Assembly: GCA_045604885.1 (NCBI GenBank)
Contig: JAZUOY010000015.1
Location: 1,424-65,423, forward strand
DNA from: Candidatus Nanosyncoccus sp.
Lineage (GTDB): Bacteria; Patescibacteriota; Saccharimonadia; Saccharimonadales; Saccharimonadaceae
Direction of reading: 5' to 3'
Length of the DNA: 64,000 nt
Part shown: positions 46,109 to 59,287 of the stretch, one piece after another
Layout: the number at the start of each line of letters is the position of its first letter
Position numbering within the stretch: position 1 is the stretch's first letter
Translations under genes and position numbers: made by a program
The notes under the pieces: generated by a model
The model's input: only the letters and a program-made list of their open reading frames with translations
Database searches by the model: none
What the model was told of the DNA's origin: nothing

Positions 46109-47677
46109 ATGTCATTGCTGCCAGGAGAGATAGATAAGACCAAGCTACGTTACATTGTTTACGTGCGCAAATCTACTGATGAGAAGGGAAAGCAGGAGAG
46201 GTCTGTTGAGGACCAAATCGCTGATTGCCTAGACTTAGCCAAACGTAGAGGGTTAAATATTATTGGTGAGCCTATTGTTGAAAAGCGTTCTGCTAAGGTT
46301 GATGGAGGCAGACCACTTTTTGCTAAAATGATTAAATTAATTCGTGACGGTAAGGCTGATGGCATTATTTCCTGGCATCCGGATCGTTTGTCTCGTAATC
46401 CGATTGATGCGGCCACGATTGTAGACATGCTGGACAAGAACATAATCAAAGACCTTGCCTTCCCTACTTGTGAGTTTTCAAACGACTCCAGCGGCAAGAT
46501 GCTACTCAATATATTATTCGCTATCTCAAAGCAATATTCGGAGCATATCAGCGAGGGTGTTACTCGTGGGCTTCGTAGAGGTCTTCAAGAAGGAAAATCT
46601 CAAGGTCGTTACGTCTGGGGTTATACCCGTAGCAAAGAAACTGGACTATATGAGCCAAGTGAATATTTTGAGATTGTCCAAGAAGCATGGGAGATGAAGG
46701 TGAACGGTGCTACGGATGCCGCAATTCTAAAGTTCTTAAAGAAAAATAATCTACGGAGAGCGGTCGAATCAAATCCTGGAAGATTTATAGAGCCTGTCAA
46801 GGAAACCCCAAAGAACATCTTCAAGAACCCAATTTACTATGGTGTTTTGGAGCAGGCAGGACAAGAAGTGGACCTAATTGAAGTTACTGGTGGCGCTTTT
46901 CAGCCTATGATTACTTATGAAACCTTTGCCAAAGTACAAGCTATGGAACGTAGCGGCAAATCGCATGGTGGGCGCAAGAAATCTGGTGGTATTTTCTACC
47001 CACTAAAGCACATGGTAACTTGTGGCGTCTGCAACCAAACTATGGTCGTCTATAAAAGCCGTAGCGGCCATGGGAAACGTGCTAACTACTTGTATTTTGA
47101 GTGTAGGAATAAAGATTGCACTCGTAGTCCCAAGGCTATAAGAGCAAGGGAAATATTTGAGCCGCTATTTGAAGCTGTCCGCCAGTTGCAGTTTACTGAG
47201 GAAGAAATAGAGAAATACAACCAAGAGATTGATAGCTTTAGCGAAGAGAGAATTGTTGAGCTACGTCAGGAAAAGAATAGTATAACTGCCGCTATTGCCC
47301 ACAAGAACAAAGAACTTGAGAAACTGTCTCTTAGCACACCCAATTTGACTAGTAGAGCATTAACTCTAATACGAAAGAGGATTGATTCGCTGTCCAATGA
47401 ACTAGATGAACTTGAGGAGAGCTCTAAATCTATTGATGCTCAAATAAAATCAGCTCAGCGAAGTAAGGTTTCTACTGAGCAAGTGTTGAACCTCCTAAAA
47501 ACGCTTCCTGACAAGATGGAGAATGGCTCCGCCGCTGAAAAAGATGCGATTGCCCGATTATTGTTATTGAACCTCACTATTGACGCACAAAAAAGGCCTC
47601 ATTTCCTCTGGAAAGAGCCTTTTGCTAGTCTGCTTGAATCCCGAAAAGGTGATTCTGGAGGCGCCTACCGGAATTGA
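46109..47677 (+). CDS. Large serine recombinase (resolvase, recombinase, zinc ribbon and coiled-coil domains); probable start 46109
   Basis: YVRKST catalytic motif, DRLSR, CGVC...C...C zinc ribbon, coiled coil; own TG-TATAAT at 46096-46101; last codons are antisense to tRNA-Cys. Confidence 0.93.
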   Translation: MSLLPGEIDKTKLRYIVYVRKSTDEKGKQERSVEDQIADCLDLAKRRGLNIIGEPIVEKRSAKVDGGRPLFAKMIKLIRDGKADGIISWHPDRLSRNPIDAATIVDMLDKNIIKDLAFPTCEFSNDSSGKMLLNILFAISKQYSEHISEGVTRGLRRGLQEGKSQGRYVWGYTRSKETGLYEPSEYFEIVQEAWEMKVNGATDAAILKFLKKNNLRRAVESNPGRFIEPVKETPKNIFKNPIYYGVLEQAGQEVDLIEVTGGAFQPMITYETFAKVQAMERSGKSHGGRKKSGGIFYPLKHMVTCGVCNQTMVVYKSRSGHGKRANYLYFECRNKDCTRSPKAIRAREIFEPLFEAVRQLQFTEEEIEKYNQEIDSFSEERIVELRQEKNSITAAIAHKNKELEKLSLSTPNLTSRALTLIRKRIDSLSNELDELEESSKSIDAQIKSAQRSKVSTEQVLNLLKTLPDKMENGSAAEKDAIARLLLLNLTIDAQKRPHFLWKEPFASLLESRKGDSGGAYRN

Positions 47678-47729
47678 ACCGGTGTAAAAGGTTTTGCAGA
47701 CCTCTGCGTAACCACTCCGCCAAAGCGCC
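47656..47729 (-). tRNA. tRNA-Cys (GCA)
   Basis: GGCGCTT...AGAGG-TCTGCAAA-ACCTTT...AGGCGCC-TCCA. Confidence 0.95.
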
Positions 47730-47821
47730 ACAAGTATATTTTATCATAAGATAGGAGAAAACGAAATCCCCGTTTTTTTCTTGCTTATTTAGTTAGTCTT
47801 TGGTATAATGAAACCAGATAT

Positions 47822-47898
47822 GCGAATGTAGCTCAGTTGTTTAGAGCGCTTCCTTGCCAAGGAAGAGGTCGAGAGTTAGAGTCTCTTCATTCGCACCA
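47822..47898 (+). tRNA. tRNA-Gly (GCC)
   Basis: Anticodon arm CTTCC-TTGCCAA-GGAAG; atypical T-loop TTAGAGT; CCA end. Confidence 0.92.
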
Positions 47899-47904
47899 TT
47901 TTTT

Positions 47905-48798
47905 TTACTTGTTTTTTATTTCTACCAAACTTATTTCAGCGGCCTTAATGAAATTTAGGGACTGACCGATTTTCGGTGCACAAAATTGGGCGCCGACCAT
48001 GCCAGGGTTGATCAAGGCGAAGGTGGATTGACTAGTCCTAAACACCCCCCTAGAGTGTCGTGGTAGAGGCATACGATTTGGTGAAATTAGTCCACGATGA
48101 ATATGTAATTTCGCAAAAATTTCATCTAAGCCCTTCGGTACGATACCGCCATGTGTGTGCCCGAATGATAAGATGTCAAATATACTTAATTTCTCGGCGG
48201 TTTCTTTGATTAGATATGGTGCATGAGCAGCGAACCAATTGATTTTTTTATCATTGACAGGGGAAAAATCGTAATCTTTGACTTGTCTATAAAATGCACG
48301 GGGATTATCGCGAAATTTTTGTTTTTCCGTGATCATACATTTCTCATTCTGAAAGGCTCCAAAAATACGAATTTTGGGCGTTTCATACCATTCATCACAC
48401 AAAAGTTTTACGCCGGTTTTTTGGCAGATTTTCCGCCAAAATGGTAGCGCAAAGTCTTTCATAATTCTTGCTGGATTGGTTGGAGTAATGTAATCATGTG
48501 AACCAAGTACTAGCACTGTAGGTGCAGCTTTTACACAGAGACGGAGGCTAGCAATTAATTTTTTGAGAGAAGTCTCACGTTTTAGTTCGGTAGGACTATC
48601 AATGAGGTCGCCCTGTAGAATTATCACATCAGGTTGTGTTGCTTCTAATGCTTCTTTTAAATAATGATATTGTCGGTCGGAAACGATTGGACTAATATGC
48701 CAGTCACCGGCGATCATCACTTTGGTAGTTGCAATATCACGATTCAATGTGATGCTGTGTAGGCGAACTTTCAAGGTATTTGGCTCATGCAAATTCAT
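47905..48798 (-). CDS. Calcineurin-like metallophosphoesterase (YkuE-like)
   Basis: GDWH, QGDLID, LGSHD, AH, GHTHGG motifs. Confidence 0.9.
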   Translation of the reverse strand: MNLHEPNTLKVRLHSITLNRDIATTKVMIAGDWHISPIVSDRQYHYLKEALEATQPDVIILQGDLIDSPTELKRETSLKKLIASLRLCVKAAPTVLVLGSHDYITPTNPARIMKDFALPFWRKICQKTGVKLLCDEWYETPKIRIFGAFQNEKCMITEKQKFRDNPRAFYRQVKDYDFSPVNDKKINWFAAHAPYLIKETAEKLSIFDILSFGHTHGGIVPKGLDEIFAKLHIHRGLISPNRMPLPRHSRGVFRTSQSTFALINPGMVGAQFCAPKIGQSLNFIKAAEISLVEIKNK

Positions 48799-48894
48799 TT
48801 GTTTTATTATATCATTTTTGTTATAATTAATATATCTAGATAGAGAACGACTCTCTGTTTGGGTGTGGAATAATAATTATCAAAGGAGGAAAAA

Positions 48895-49473
48895 ATGAGC
48901 GCAGGTGCAGTTGTGGCGATTGTGATAGGTGCCATTGTATTATTCGTTATTATTTTAATCTGGAGCAGTTACAACAGTTTAGTACGTTTGGATGAACGTG
49001 TCAACGAGGCTTGGTCTGATATTACCGTTCAACTTAAGCGCCGTTCTGATTTGATTCCGAATCTCGTAGAGACAGTAAAGGGCTATGCTAAGCATGAGAA
49101 TGACGCTATCCAGGCCGTATCAGATGCACGCGCCAAGATGATGGGTGCTCGTTCTGTTAAAGATACCGCCGAGGCAGACAAGTCATTCATGGGTGCGCTC
49201 TCTCGCATTATGGCAGTCACAGAATCCTATCCAGAACTAAAGGCGGATAAGAATTTCCAGCAACTTTCTTCTGAGTTGTCAGATACGGAGGATAAGATTC
49301 AGGCGGCGCGTCGCTATTACAATGCCGGAGCAAAAGATCTTAACACCAAGATTAAGATTTTTCCGATCAATCTTTTCCACGGTTTTGGCTTTAAGAAACG
49401 CGAATATTACGAAGTCGCAGAAGACGAAAAAGCTAAGATCCAGAATGCTCCAGAAGTGAAGTTTGACTCTTAG
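48895..49473 (+). CDS. lemA: LemA family protein
   Basis: AWSDITVQLKRRSDLIPNLVETVKGY, YPELKAD, ARRYYN. Confidence 0.96.
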   Translation: MSAGAVVAIVIGAIVLFVIILIWSSYNSLVRLDERVNEAWSDITVQLKRRSDLIPNLVETVKGYAKHENDAIQAVSDARAKMMGARSVKDTAEADKSFMGALSRIMAVTESYPELKADKNFQQLSSELSDTEDKIQAARRYYNAGAKDLNTKIKIFPINLFHGFGFKKREYYEVAEDEKAKIQNAPEVKFDS

Positions 49474-49489
49474 GAGGATAATAATCATC

Positions 49490-50345
49490 ATGATGCAAAA
49501 GCAGATTGCCGCTAATAAAAGAAATACAATCTTCGTAATTCTTTTCTTTGTAATACTGATTGGAATAGTCGGTGCTGTTTTTGCATATATTTTTCGCGAT
49601 GTATGGGTAGAGGTTTGGATATTGTTAATCGCAGTTATTTATGCTGTGATCCAGTATTTTGCGGCCGGATCTATTGCGGTAGCAATGACTGGTGCGCATG
49701 AAATACAGAAAAAAGATAACTCAAAACTCTATAATATAGTAGAAAATCTTGCGATTACGGCTGGGTTGCCAATGCCAAAAGTCTATATCATTGACGATCC
49801 AGCTCCAAACGCCTTTGCAACTGGTCGCGATCCGAAGCATGCCCTCGTAGCGGCGACAACTGGTCTGTTGGATGTTATGGATAAAAGCGAGCTTGAAGCA
49901 GTGATGGCGCATGAGCTATCTCATGTTAAAAATTACGATATTAGGGTTTCTATGATCACTTTCGGTCTCGTCTGCGTGGTGGGATTTATTGCCGACATTG
50001 GTCTGAGGATGATGATTTTCAACGACCGTGATGATGACAGAAGTCCAGTAGGTGCAGTCATTGTACTATTGACCGCTATTTTTGCGCCAGTTGCCGCTTC
50101 GTTAGCGCAACTAGCCGTTTCAAGAGAGCGGGAATATCTTGCTGACGCTTCTGCTGTCAATATTACGCACTACCCAGATGGAATGATTAACGCTCTAAAA
50201 AAATTAGAGACTCATTCGCGTCCGATGAAGCGTCAAAACTCTGCCACAGAAGCATTATATATTAACAATCCACTCAAGAAAGGAAGAATATCTAATCTAT
50301 TTAGTACTCATCCTCCGCTAGAAAAACGCATAGAGAGATTGGAAA

Positions 50346-50365
<20 letters not shown>
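49490..50365 (+). CDS. htpX: M48 zinc protease HtpX; probable start 49490
   Basis: PNAFATG, AHELSH, SREREYLADA, FSTHPP; follows lemA. Confidence 0.95.
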
Positions 50366-53334
<2,969 letters not shown>

Positions 53335-53354
53335 AAACGCCTGTTTTGTGAGAG

Positions 53355-54653
53355 CTACTGTGTCAAGAAAAGGTCTTTTGCTCGTGTGATACCAAGTTTG
53401 GTGTTCGCTTCTGCGATTCTCATTAGTTCATTATATTTTGCAATTCTTTCAGAACGAGAGAGCGACCCAGTTTTAATTTGACCAGCGCCTAATCCAACTG
53501 CTAGATGGGCGATGGAAGTATCTTCTGTTTCGCCAGAGCGATGAGAGATAATCGTATTGTAACCAGCTTTCTTAGCGGTCAACACTGCGTCTATAGTTTC
53601 TGTTAGGGAGCCAATTTGATTTGGCTTAACTAGAATAGCGTTAGCAACACCTTCCTTAATACCTTTTTTGAGTAATTTTGTATTGGTGACAAATAAATCA
53701 TCTCCGACTAATTGACACCTTTTTCCGAGACGTGCTGTCATATCTTTCCAGCCGTCCCAGTCGCTTTCTGAAAGACCGTCTTCAATTGACACGACCGGAT
53801 AATTATCTAAGATCCAAGTGTACCAGTTAATAAGATCATCAGCTGTTTTCCAATCGCCATTAGTTTTTAGCTCGTAGTGGTCATAATTATAAAACTCAGA
53901 CGAGGCAATATCCATGGCAATACAGACTTCTTTGCCTAAAAGATAACCGGCTTTCTCAATAGCAAGTTTGATACATTCTAGAGGTTCATTATCGCCGTCG
54001 CGCACATTTGGTGCATAACCGCCTTCGTCACCTACCGTAGTTGGGTAGCCACGTTCTTTCAAGATGGATTTCAGTGCATGAAAAACTTCTGCGCCAATTT
54101 GCATAGCTTCGTTCATACTGGTAGCACCAACTGGGATGATCATGTATTCCTGAAAATCCGTACTCCAATCGGCGTGAGCGCCTCCATTCATAACATTCAT
54201 CATTGGGAGCGGAAGAGACATTTGGTTGGTGGTACCAGCAAGTTCAGCGATGTATTCGTAAAAATATAGCTTTTTTGCCTTTGCTACGGCTTTGGCGGTC
54301 GCAAGAGAGACTGCTAGAATAGCATTGGCACCGAGTTTGGATTTATTTTCCGTGCCGTCCAAGTCTAACATTAGCTGATCTACAATTTTTTGTTCGGCAG
54401 AATTGCCTACAAGGACATCGCGAATTTTAGAATTGACATTCCAGACGGCTTTTAAAACGCTTTTGCCATTGTAGTATTTTTCGTCACCATCACGTAACTC
54501 TAAAGCTTCACCAGATCCAGTGGAAGCGCCAGATGGTACGGCTGCTCTTCCTATATGTCCACTATTTAAATAAACATCCGCTTCTACGGTCGGATTACCA
54601 CGGCTATCCAAGATTTGCCGTGCCTTAATATCAGAAATTGTAAATTTATCCAT
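53355..54653 (-). CDS. eno: Enolase
   Basis: [40 protein letters not shown] motifs. Confidence 0.98.
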   Translation of the reverse strand: MDKFTISDIKARQILDSRGNPTVEADVYLNSGHIGRAAVPSGASTGSGEALELRDGDEKYYNGKSVLKAVWNVNSKIRDVLVGNSAEQKIVDQLMLDLDGTENKSKLGANAILAVSLATAKAVAKAKKLYFYEYIAELAGTTNQMSLPLPMMNVMNGGAHADWSTDFQEYMIIPVGATSMNEAMQIGAEVFHALKSILKERGYPTTVGDEGGYAPNVRDGDNEPLECIKLAIEKAGYLLGKEVCIAMDIASSEFYNYDHYELKTNGDWKTADDLINWYTWILDNYPVVSIEDGLSESDWDGWKDMTARLGKRCQLVGDDLFVTNTKLLKKGIKEGVANAILVKPNQIGSLTETIDAVLTAKKAGYNTIISHRSGETEDTSIAHLAVGLGAGQIKTGSLSRSERIAKYNELMRIAEANTKLGITRAKDLFLTQ

Positions 54654-54723
54654 AATATCATTATAACACTTATGCTAAAAATAACTTAAAAATAGGAAAA
54701 AAAGAAATGTTATAATATAGAAA

Positions 54724-56001
54724 ATGACAGATGCACTCAAAACGAAACTGAAGACTTTGCCGGCTGCTCCGGGTGTTTATTTTCATAAAAACAGAGATGG
54801 AGAGGTTATTTATGTTGGTAAGGCGGCAGTTCTAAAGAATAGAGTAAGGCAGTATTTTCAGAATACAGAGAAAGATCCCAAAACTACCGCTTTGGTAGCG
54901 GAAATCTATGATACGGACTGGATCGTGGTGGATACAGAAATGGATGCACTCTTTCTTGAATCAGAAATGATTAAGCGATACATGCCAAAGTGGAACATTC
55001 TTTTAAGGGATGATAAAACAGTTTCTTATGTTCGGATAGATATGAAATCAGAAGTACCGTTTGTCTCATTAACGCGTCAACCGCAGGATGATAAAGCGAC
55101 TTATATCGGACCATTTTACGCTAAAAATACCGTCTTGACGGCATTGAGGATTCTACGTAAAGTTTTTCCGTACTATGATAAGCCTTACGATGGCAAAAAA
55201 ACGCTTAATACGGATCTTGGATTAACTCCTGGCATAGAGGTCAATAAAACTACGCCTGCTGAATATAAGCAAAATCTGCGTAAACTTATACGCTATCTTG
55301 AAGGTGATAGGCAGAAATTGATTAAGGAATTAGAAAAAGAAATGAAGAAAGCGGCGGCACTAGGAGATTATGAGAAGGCAGTGGAGTATAGAAATCAGTA
55401 TTTTGGACTAAAGGGATTAAAGAAAAAAATTGTATTCTCCGATAAGGAGTTTTTGGATATTTCATCTGATCAAGCATTGCGGCAATTACAACGTCTTCTT
55501 CAGTTAGACGAGCCACCTCGCAGGATAGAGGGTTATGATATCTCCCACGAGCAGGGAACAAATGTAGTAGCTAGCATGGTGGTGTTTACGAATGGTGCAT
55601 CTGAACGGACGGAATATCGCAAGTTTAAGCTCCGTCATCAGAAGAATGATGATGCGGCAAATATGCGAGAAGTCATAGAACGCAGACTTAAACACCACGA
55701 ATGGGCCTTTCCTGATCTTATCATTCTGGATGGCGCGGAGGGGCAAATTAGTGCAGTCTGGGATTTGTTAAGGGAGGTCAAAATTCCAGTTATTGGGCGT
55801 GATAAATCAGGTGATCATACAAAAAATGCTAATGTAGTAATTGTAATACCCGTAGTTAGCGATGATGGCACTAGCTTTCGCCATGAGGTGTTACCGCCAG
55901 ATTCTCACGTCGCAAAATTAATTGCCCGAATAGATGATGAGTCACATCGTTTTGCAATTTCTTACCATAGATTACTCAAACGTAAAACTATGCTAAAATA
56001 A
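54724..56001 (+). CDS. uvrC: Excinuclease ABC subunit C (short, no HhH tail)
   Basis: GIY-YIG region (PGVY...YVGKA..LKNRV), UVR domain, RIEGYDISH, PDLIILDG, DESHRFAI. Confidence 0.93.
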   Translation: MTDALKTKLKTLPAAPGVYFHKNRDGEVIYVGKAAVLKNRVRQYFQNTEKDPKTTALVAEIYDTDWIVVDTEMDALFLESEMIKRYMPKWNILLRDDKTVSYVRIDMKSEVPFVSLTRQPQDDKATYIGPFYAKNTVLTALRILRKVFPYYDKPYDGKKTLNTDLGLTPGIEVNKTTPAEYKQNLRKLIRYLEGDRQKLIKELEKEMKKAAALGDYEKAVEYRNQYFGLKGLKKKIVFSDKEFLDISSDQALRQLQRLLQLDEPPRRIEGYDISHEQGTNVVASMVVFTNGASERTEYRKFKLRHQKNDDAANMREVIERRLKHHEWAFPDLIILDGAEGQISAVWDLLREVKIPVIGRDKSGDHTKNANVVIVIPVVSDDGTSFRHEVLPPDSHVAKLIARIDDESHRFAISYHRLLKRKTMLK

Positions 56002-56006
56002 TCAGT

Positions 56007-56375
56007 ATGATTAAACGGCAATTTTTAGCGTTTGTATTGAGGTGGATCCTATCAAGCTTTGGCATGTGGATTTCCATTACGCTTTTTGCACAGATTAATG
56101 GGGAGCCGACATGGTGGATTTATGTTGTGGCAGGTTTAATTTTCTCTCTGTTTAATGCTTTTGTGCGGCCACTCGCAATGACTTTTGCTTTACCGTTGGT
56201 GGTTCTAACAATGGGGCTATTTACGGTTCTAATCAATACGGCGATGGTTTCTTTGACGATCCGTTTTCTGCCTAATATTACGATGAATTTCTGGGGCGCA
56301 GTTTTGTCTTCTTTAGTTATGAGTGTGGGAAATGGTCTTGTCAATTTTTGGTCTACGCCGTATAATAAGAAATAA
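56007..56375 (+). CDS. Phage holin family (YvlD-like 4-TM) protein
   Basis: NAFVRP...LPL..LTMGLF...IN pattern. Confidence 0.85.
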   Translation: MIKRQFLAFVLRWILSSFGMWISITLFAQINGEPTWWIYVVAGLIFSLFNAFVRPLAMTFALPLVVLTMGLFTVLINTAMVSLTIRFLPNITMNFWGAVLSSLVMSVGNGLVNFWSTPYNKK

Positions 56376-56377
56376 TT

Positions 56378-56605
56378 ATGGAAATTGGTTCATTTATTCA
56401 GACGATTACACTTATCTCTGCAATTTTGTCAATTTTGTTGATTTTGCTTCAGAGACGAGGGGCATCATTAGGGGCAGGGTTCGGCGCTTCAGGAGAATTA
56501 TACACAACACGGCGTGGTTTGGAGAAGTCACTTTTTGTCACCACGGTCGTGATGGTATTGATTTTTGTGCTTTCCATCATCGCATTGTTAATAATCCCTT
56601 CATAG
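56378..56605 (+). CDS. secG: Preprotein translocase subunit SecG
   Basis: LILLQRRGASLGAGFG...TRRGLEK; two TM helices. Confidence 0.93.
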   Translation: MEIGSFIQTITLISAILSILLILLQRRGASLGAGFGASGELYTTRRGLEKSLFVTTVVMVLIFVLSIIALLIIPS

Positions 56606-56611
56606 GAGCAT

Positions 56612-58345
56612 ATGAAACACGGTATCAAAAAAAGTGGGCGGAAACTAGTTAGGCGTTTTTCGCGTTTTTCTAAAAAAGCTGGCGAAGAGGGCAAGGAACA
56701 TCTACGCGAAAATGTGGTGGATAGGATTTCCCATATTAAGAATATCAAGTTATTAATCTTAGAGTGGTCACTCCTAGTTCTTATTATAATCATGCTTTCC
56801 ATTACGCAGTCTTTCTTATATTCAGAATCCTATGCGACAACCACTTATACGAAGGGTGGCACCTATTCTGAAGCGACGCTTGGAAGGATAAACTCTCTTA
56901 ACCCTCTATTTGCGAATACAAATAGTGAAAAGGCTTTAAGTAAGCTGATGTTTTCAACATTGGCGGCGGTAGATTACTCTGGTCATATTGGGTTAGGCCT
57001 AGCATCTTCTATTACGGCGGACGATACCGGATCAGTTTGGACGGTAGTTCTGCGTGACGGCGCTGTGTGGTCTGATGGGGAGCCGATTACGAATGAAGAC
57101 GTAATTTTTACAGTTGGCTTGTTACAGTCTCCGTCTGTAATTTCCGCTTATTCTACTAATCTTTCTGGTGTACGAGTAGAAGATCATGATGGTAATTTAA
57201 TTTTCTATCTGCCGTCTGCTTATGCTGGATTTGCTTCCGCGCTAGAATTCCCAATTTTACCAGCACATATTTTAAAGGACGCCAATCCAGCATTGCTATT
57301 GGAACATTCTTTCTCTAATACGCCGATTACTTCTGGTCCATTTACTTTTAAAGCTTCCCAATCGGTTGGCAATACTGGAGAAAAAGTAGTCTATCTATCG
57401 GCGAATGAGGCATATTATAAAGGCACTCCGCTAATAGATAGCTTTGCTATTCATGCCTATATGACAAGTGATGATATTATCGCGGCAGTTAATGCTGGTA
57501 TGGTGACAGCTACAGCAGAATTATTACCGACAGATGCGGATGCAATTACCGCAACGAATATTTATGAAAAACAAACCGCATTAAATTCTGGAGTTTTTGT
57601 CTTCTTCAACTTAAATAGTCCAGTTATGTCCAATAAACTTGTCCGTCAGGCTTTGCAGAGGGGAATTGATATGCGTTCTTTGCGGGCACCATTGGGAGAT
57701 GAGATTGCATTAGACTACCCACTACTTCCTAATCAGATCAGTATGACAGATTTGCCGCCATTACCAGAGTATGATCCAGATACTGCAAAAGATTTGATTC
57801 AGCGCGCTGGAATAGAGAATGGACAATCCATTTCACTTGCGACCATTAGTTCTGGCTACTTTCCAGCTTTGGCAGAAAATTTGAAGTTCCAGCTAGAGAG
57901 GTTAGGTTTAACTGTTAACGTAGATATTTATAATCCTGGACAGGAATTTCTCATGACGGTAATTAGACCGCGCAATTACGATATTTTGCTTTATGAGATT
58001 GAACTTGGCTCAGATCCAGACTTGTTTGCTTATTATCATGCGTCACAAGTTTCAGAAAATGGGCTAAATTTATCCAACTATCGTAATACCATTGTATCTG
58101 ACGCAATTTTGGCCACTCGTACGACTCTAGATGAGAACTTAAGGAATGTGAAATACAAAACATTTCTTAAAGCTTGGGTAGAAGATGTGCCGGCTCTGGG
58201 AATATATCAGGTTAATTTGTCGTATTTTGTTAATAAAAATGTGAGAAGTTTTTCTGAAGATGCAAGGCTAGTATCCGCAGTGGATCGTTTTACGGATGTG
58301 CAATATTGGGCAACGGAACGCACCACTAAAAATCGTACGCCATAG
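56612..58345 (+). CDS. Family-5 (OppA/DppA-like) ABC substrate-binding protein
   Basis: LNPL, WSDGEPITNEDVIFT, SGPFTF, VRQAL motifs; N-terminal TM. Confidence 0.88.
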   Translation: MKHGIKKSGRKLVRRFSRFSKKAGEEGKEHLRENVVDRISHIKNIKLLILEWSLLVLIIIMLSITQSFLYSESYATTTYTKGGTYSEATLGRINSLNPLFANTNSEKALSKLMFSTLAAVDYSGHIGLGLASSITADDTGSVWTVVLRDGAVWSDGEPITNEDVIFTVGLLQSPSVISAYSTNLSGVRVEDHDGNLIFYLPSAYAGFASALEFPILPAHILKDANPALLLEHSFSNTPITSGPFTFKASQSVGNTGEKVVYLSANEAYYKGTPLIDSFAIHAYMTSDDIIAAVNAGMVTATAELLPTDADAITATNIYEKQTALNSGVFVFFNLNSPVMSNKLVRQALQRGIDMRSLRAPLGDEIALDYPLLPNQISMTDLPPLPEYDPDTAKDLIQRAGIENGQSISLATISSGYFPALAENLKFQLERLGLTVNVDIYNPGQEFLMTVIRPRNYDILLYEIELGSDPDLFAYYHASQVSENGLNLSNYRNTIVSDAILATRTTLDENLRNVKYKTFLKAWVEDVPALGIYQVNLSYFVNKNVRSFSEDARLVSAVDRFTDVQYWATERTTKNRTP

Positions 58346-58392
58346 CTTTACACTGTAACTTCGTTTATGATATAATATATACGTACATTTTT

Positions 58393-58481
58393 GCGCCTGT
58401 GGTGGAATTGGTAGACACGCTACCTTGAGGTGGTAGTGGCGATTTTAAGCTGTGCTAGTTCGAGTCTAGTCAGGCGCACCA
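58393..58481 (+). tRNA. tRNA-Leu (GAG)
   Basis: Anticodon arm CTACC-TTGAGGT-GGTAG, variable arm, CCA end. Confidence 0.95.
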
Positions 58482-58493
58482 AGATGAATCATT

Positions 58494-58518
58494 TGACCCT
58501 CTGAAGGGTCATTTTTTT
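58494..58518 (+). terminator. Intrinsic terminator after tRNA-Leu(GAG)
   Basis: tgaccct/agggtca stem followed by T7. Confidence 0.8.
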
Positions 58519-59159
58519 ACTCTGGTTGTTCGTAATAGTACGAGTAGTCAACGCCTTTCATAAACATTTCGCGGTCATCTATTTTATTAGTCAATGCCGC
58601 TTTGATAAGATACTTTATATCTGAGCAAGAATTGAACTGGCGCAAATTGGAAATTATCTTTTGCAATGTTCTTTGTACGAATTTTGCCGGCAAAATCATA
58701 TAGACCGCCAAAAATAAATGAATGAATTTGCTGCAGGCCTTTAACGGTTCCAACTTCGATATGGCTGTAAACTGGACTATCGAAGAGTTCGTAGGCCTTT
58801 TTCTGGCTACGTCCATCAATTGTCTTGTCTGAATATTCGAACCATTCGAGAAATTCGTTAGCTTTCTCGTTATGAATAGCGCGGGCGAGTTGAGAAATTC
58901 CAGTCTGATCTAGGACGGTAGTCATATATCTCTTGCCGTCATCTGCAGTTATTTTCAGTTCGTTACTATTTGTCACGAACTGACTACCTTTATTGCGGGA
59001 TTTGAGTTGGCGCCAATAGTTGTCGGCTTTCTTATAATCTGCCTCTTCATTAATTGCGGCGACAACATCAACAGCGGAAAACCACCACTTATTTGTCTCA
59101 TCATCCCAAACAGCACGAACTTCGTAATCTTTGTAAAATCTGATGGACATTTTGCTCAT
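58517..59159 (-). pseudogene. BRO-N-like/Fic protein pseudogene (internal deletion and frameshift)
   Basis: N-terminal part runs to FAPVQFL; the family C-terminus DIKYLIKAALTNKIDDREMFMKGVDYSYYYE is in another frame; no HPFxxGNGR in between. Confidence 0.75.
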
Positions 59160-59287
59160 GCTATGGAACTCCTTTTATAACCTTATTATATCATGGTTTT
59201 TATTTTTGCCTTGACATAAGCGAATTACAGCTATAAAATAACTATAAGGATATTTAGATACTATTACTAATAAAAGGGAGATGAGAG

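Larger units (their letters stand above)
43197..47661. mobile_element. ~4.46-kb integrative element at the tRNA-Cys 3' end, bounded by a TGGAGG direct repeat (43197-43202 / 47656-47661)
   Basis: Serine recombinase running into tRNA-Cys; removing the element leaves tRNA-Cys and tRNA-Leu(TAA) 9 nt apart. Confidence 0.8.

Noticed and set aside
47870-47887. tRNA-Gly as a pseudogene because of its TTAGAGT T-loop
   Set aside because: All stems and the CCA end are intact; a single T-loop substitution is insufficient evidence
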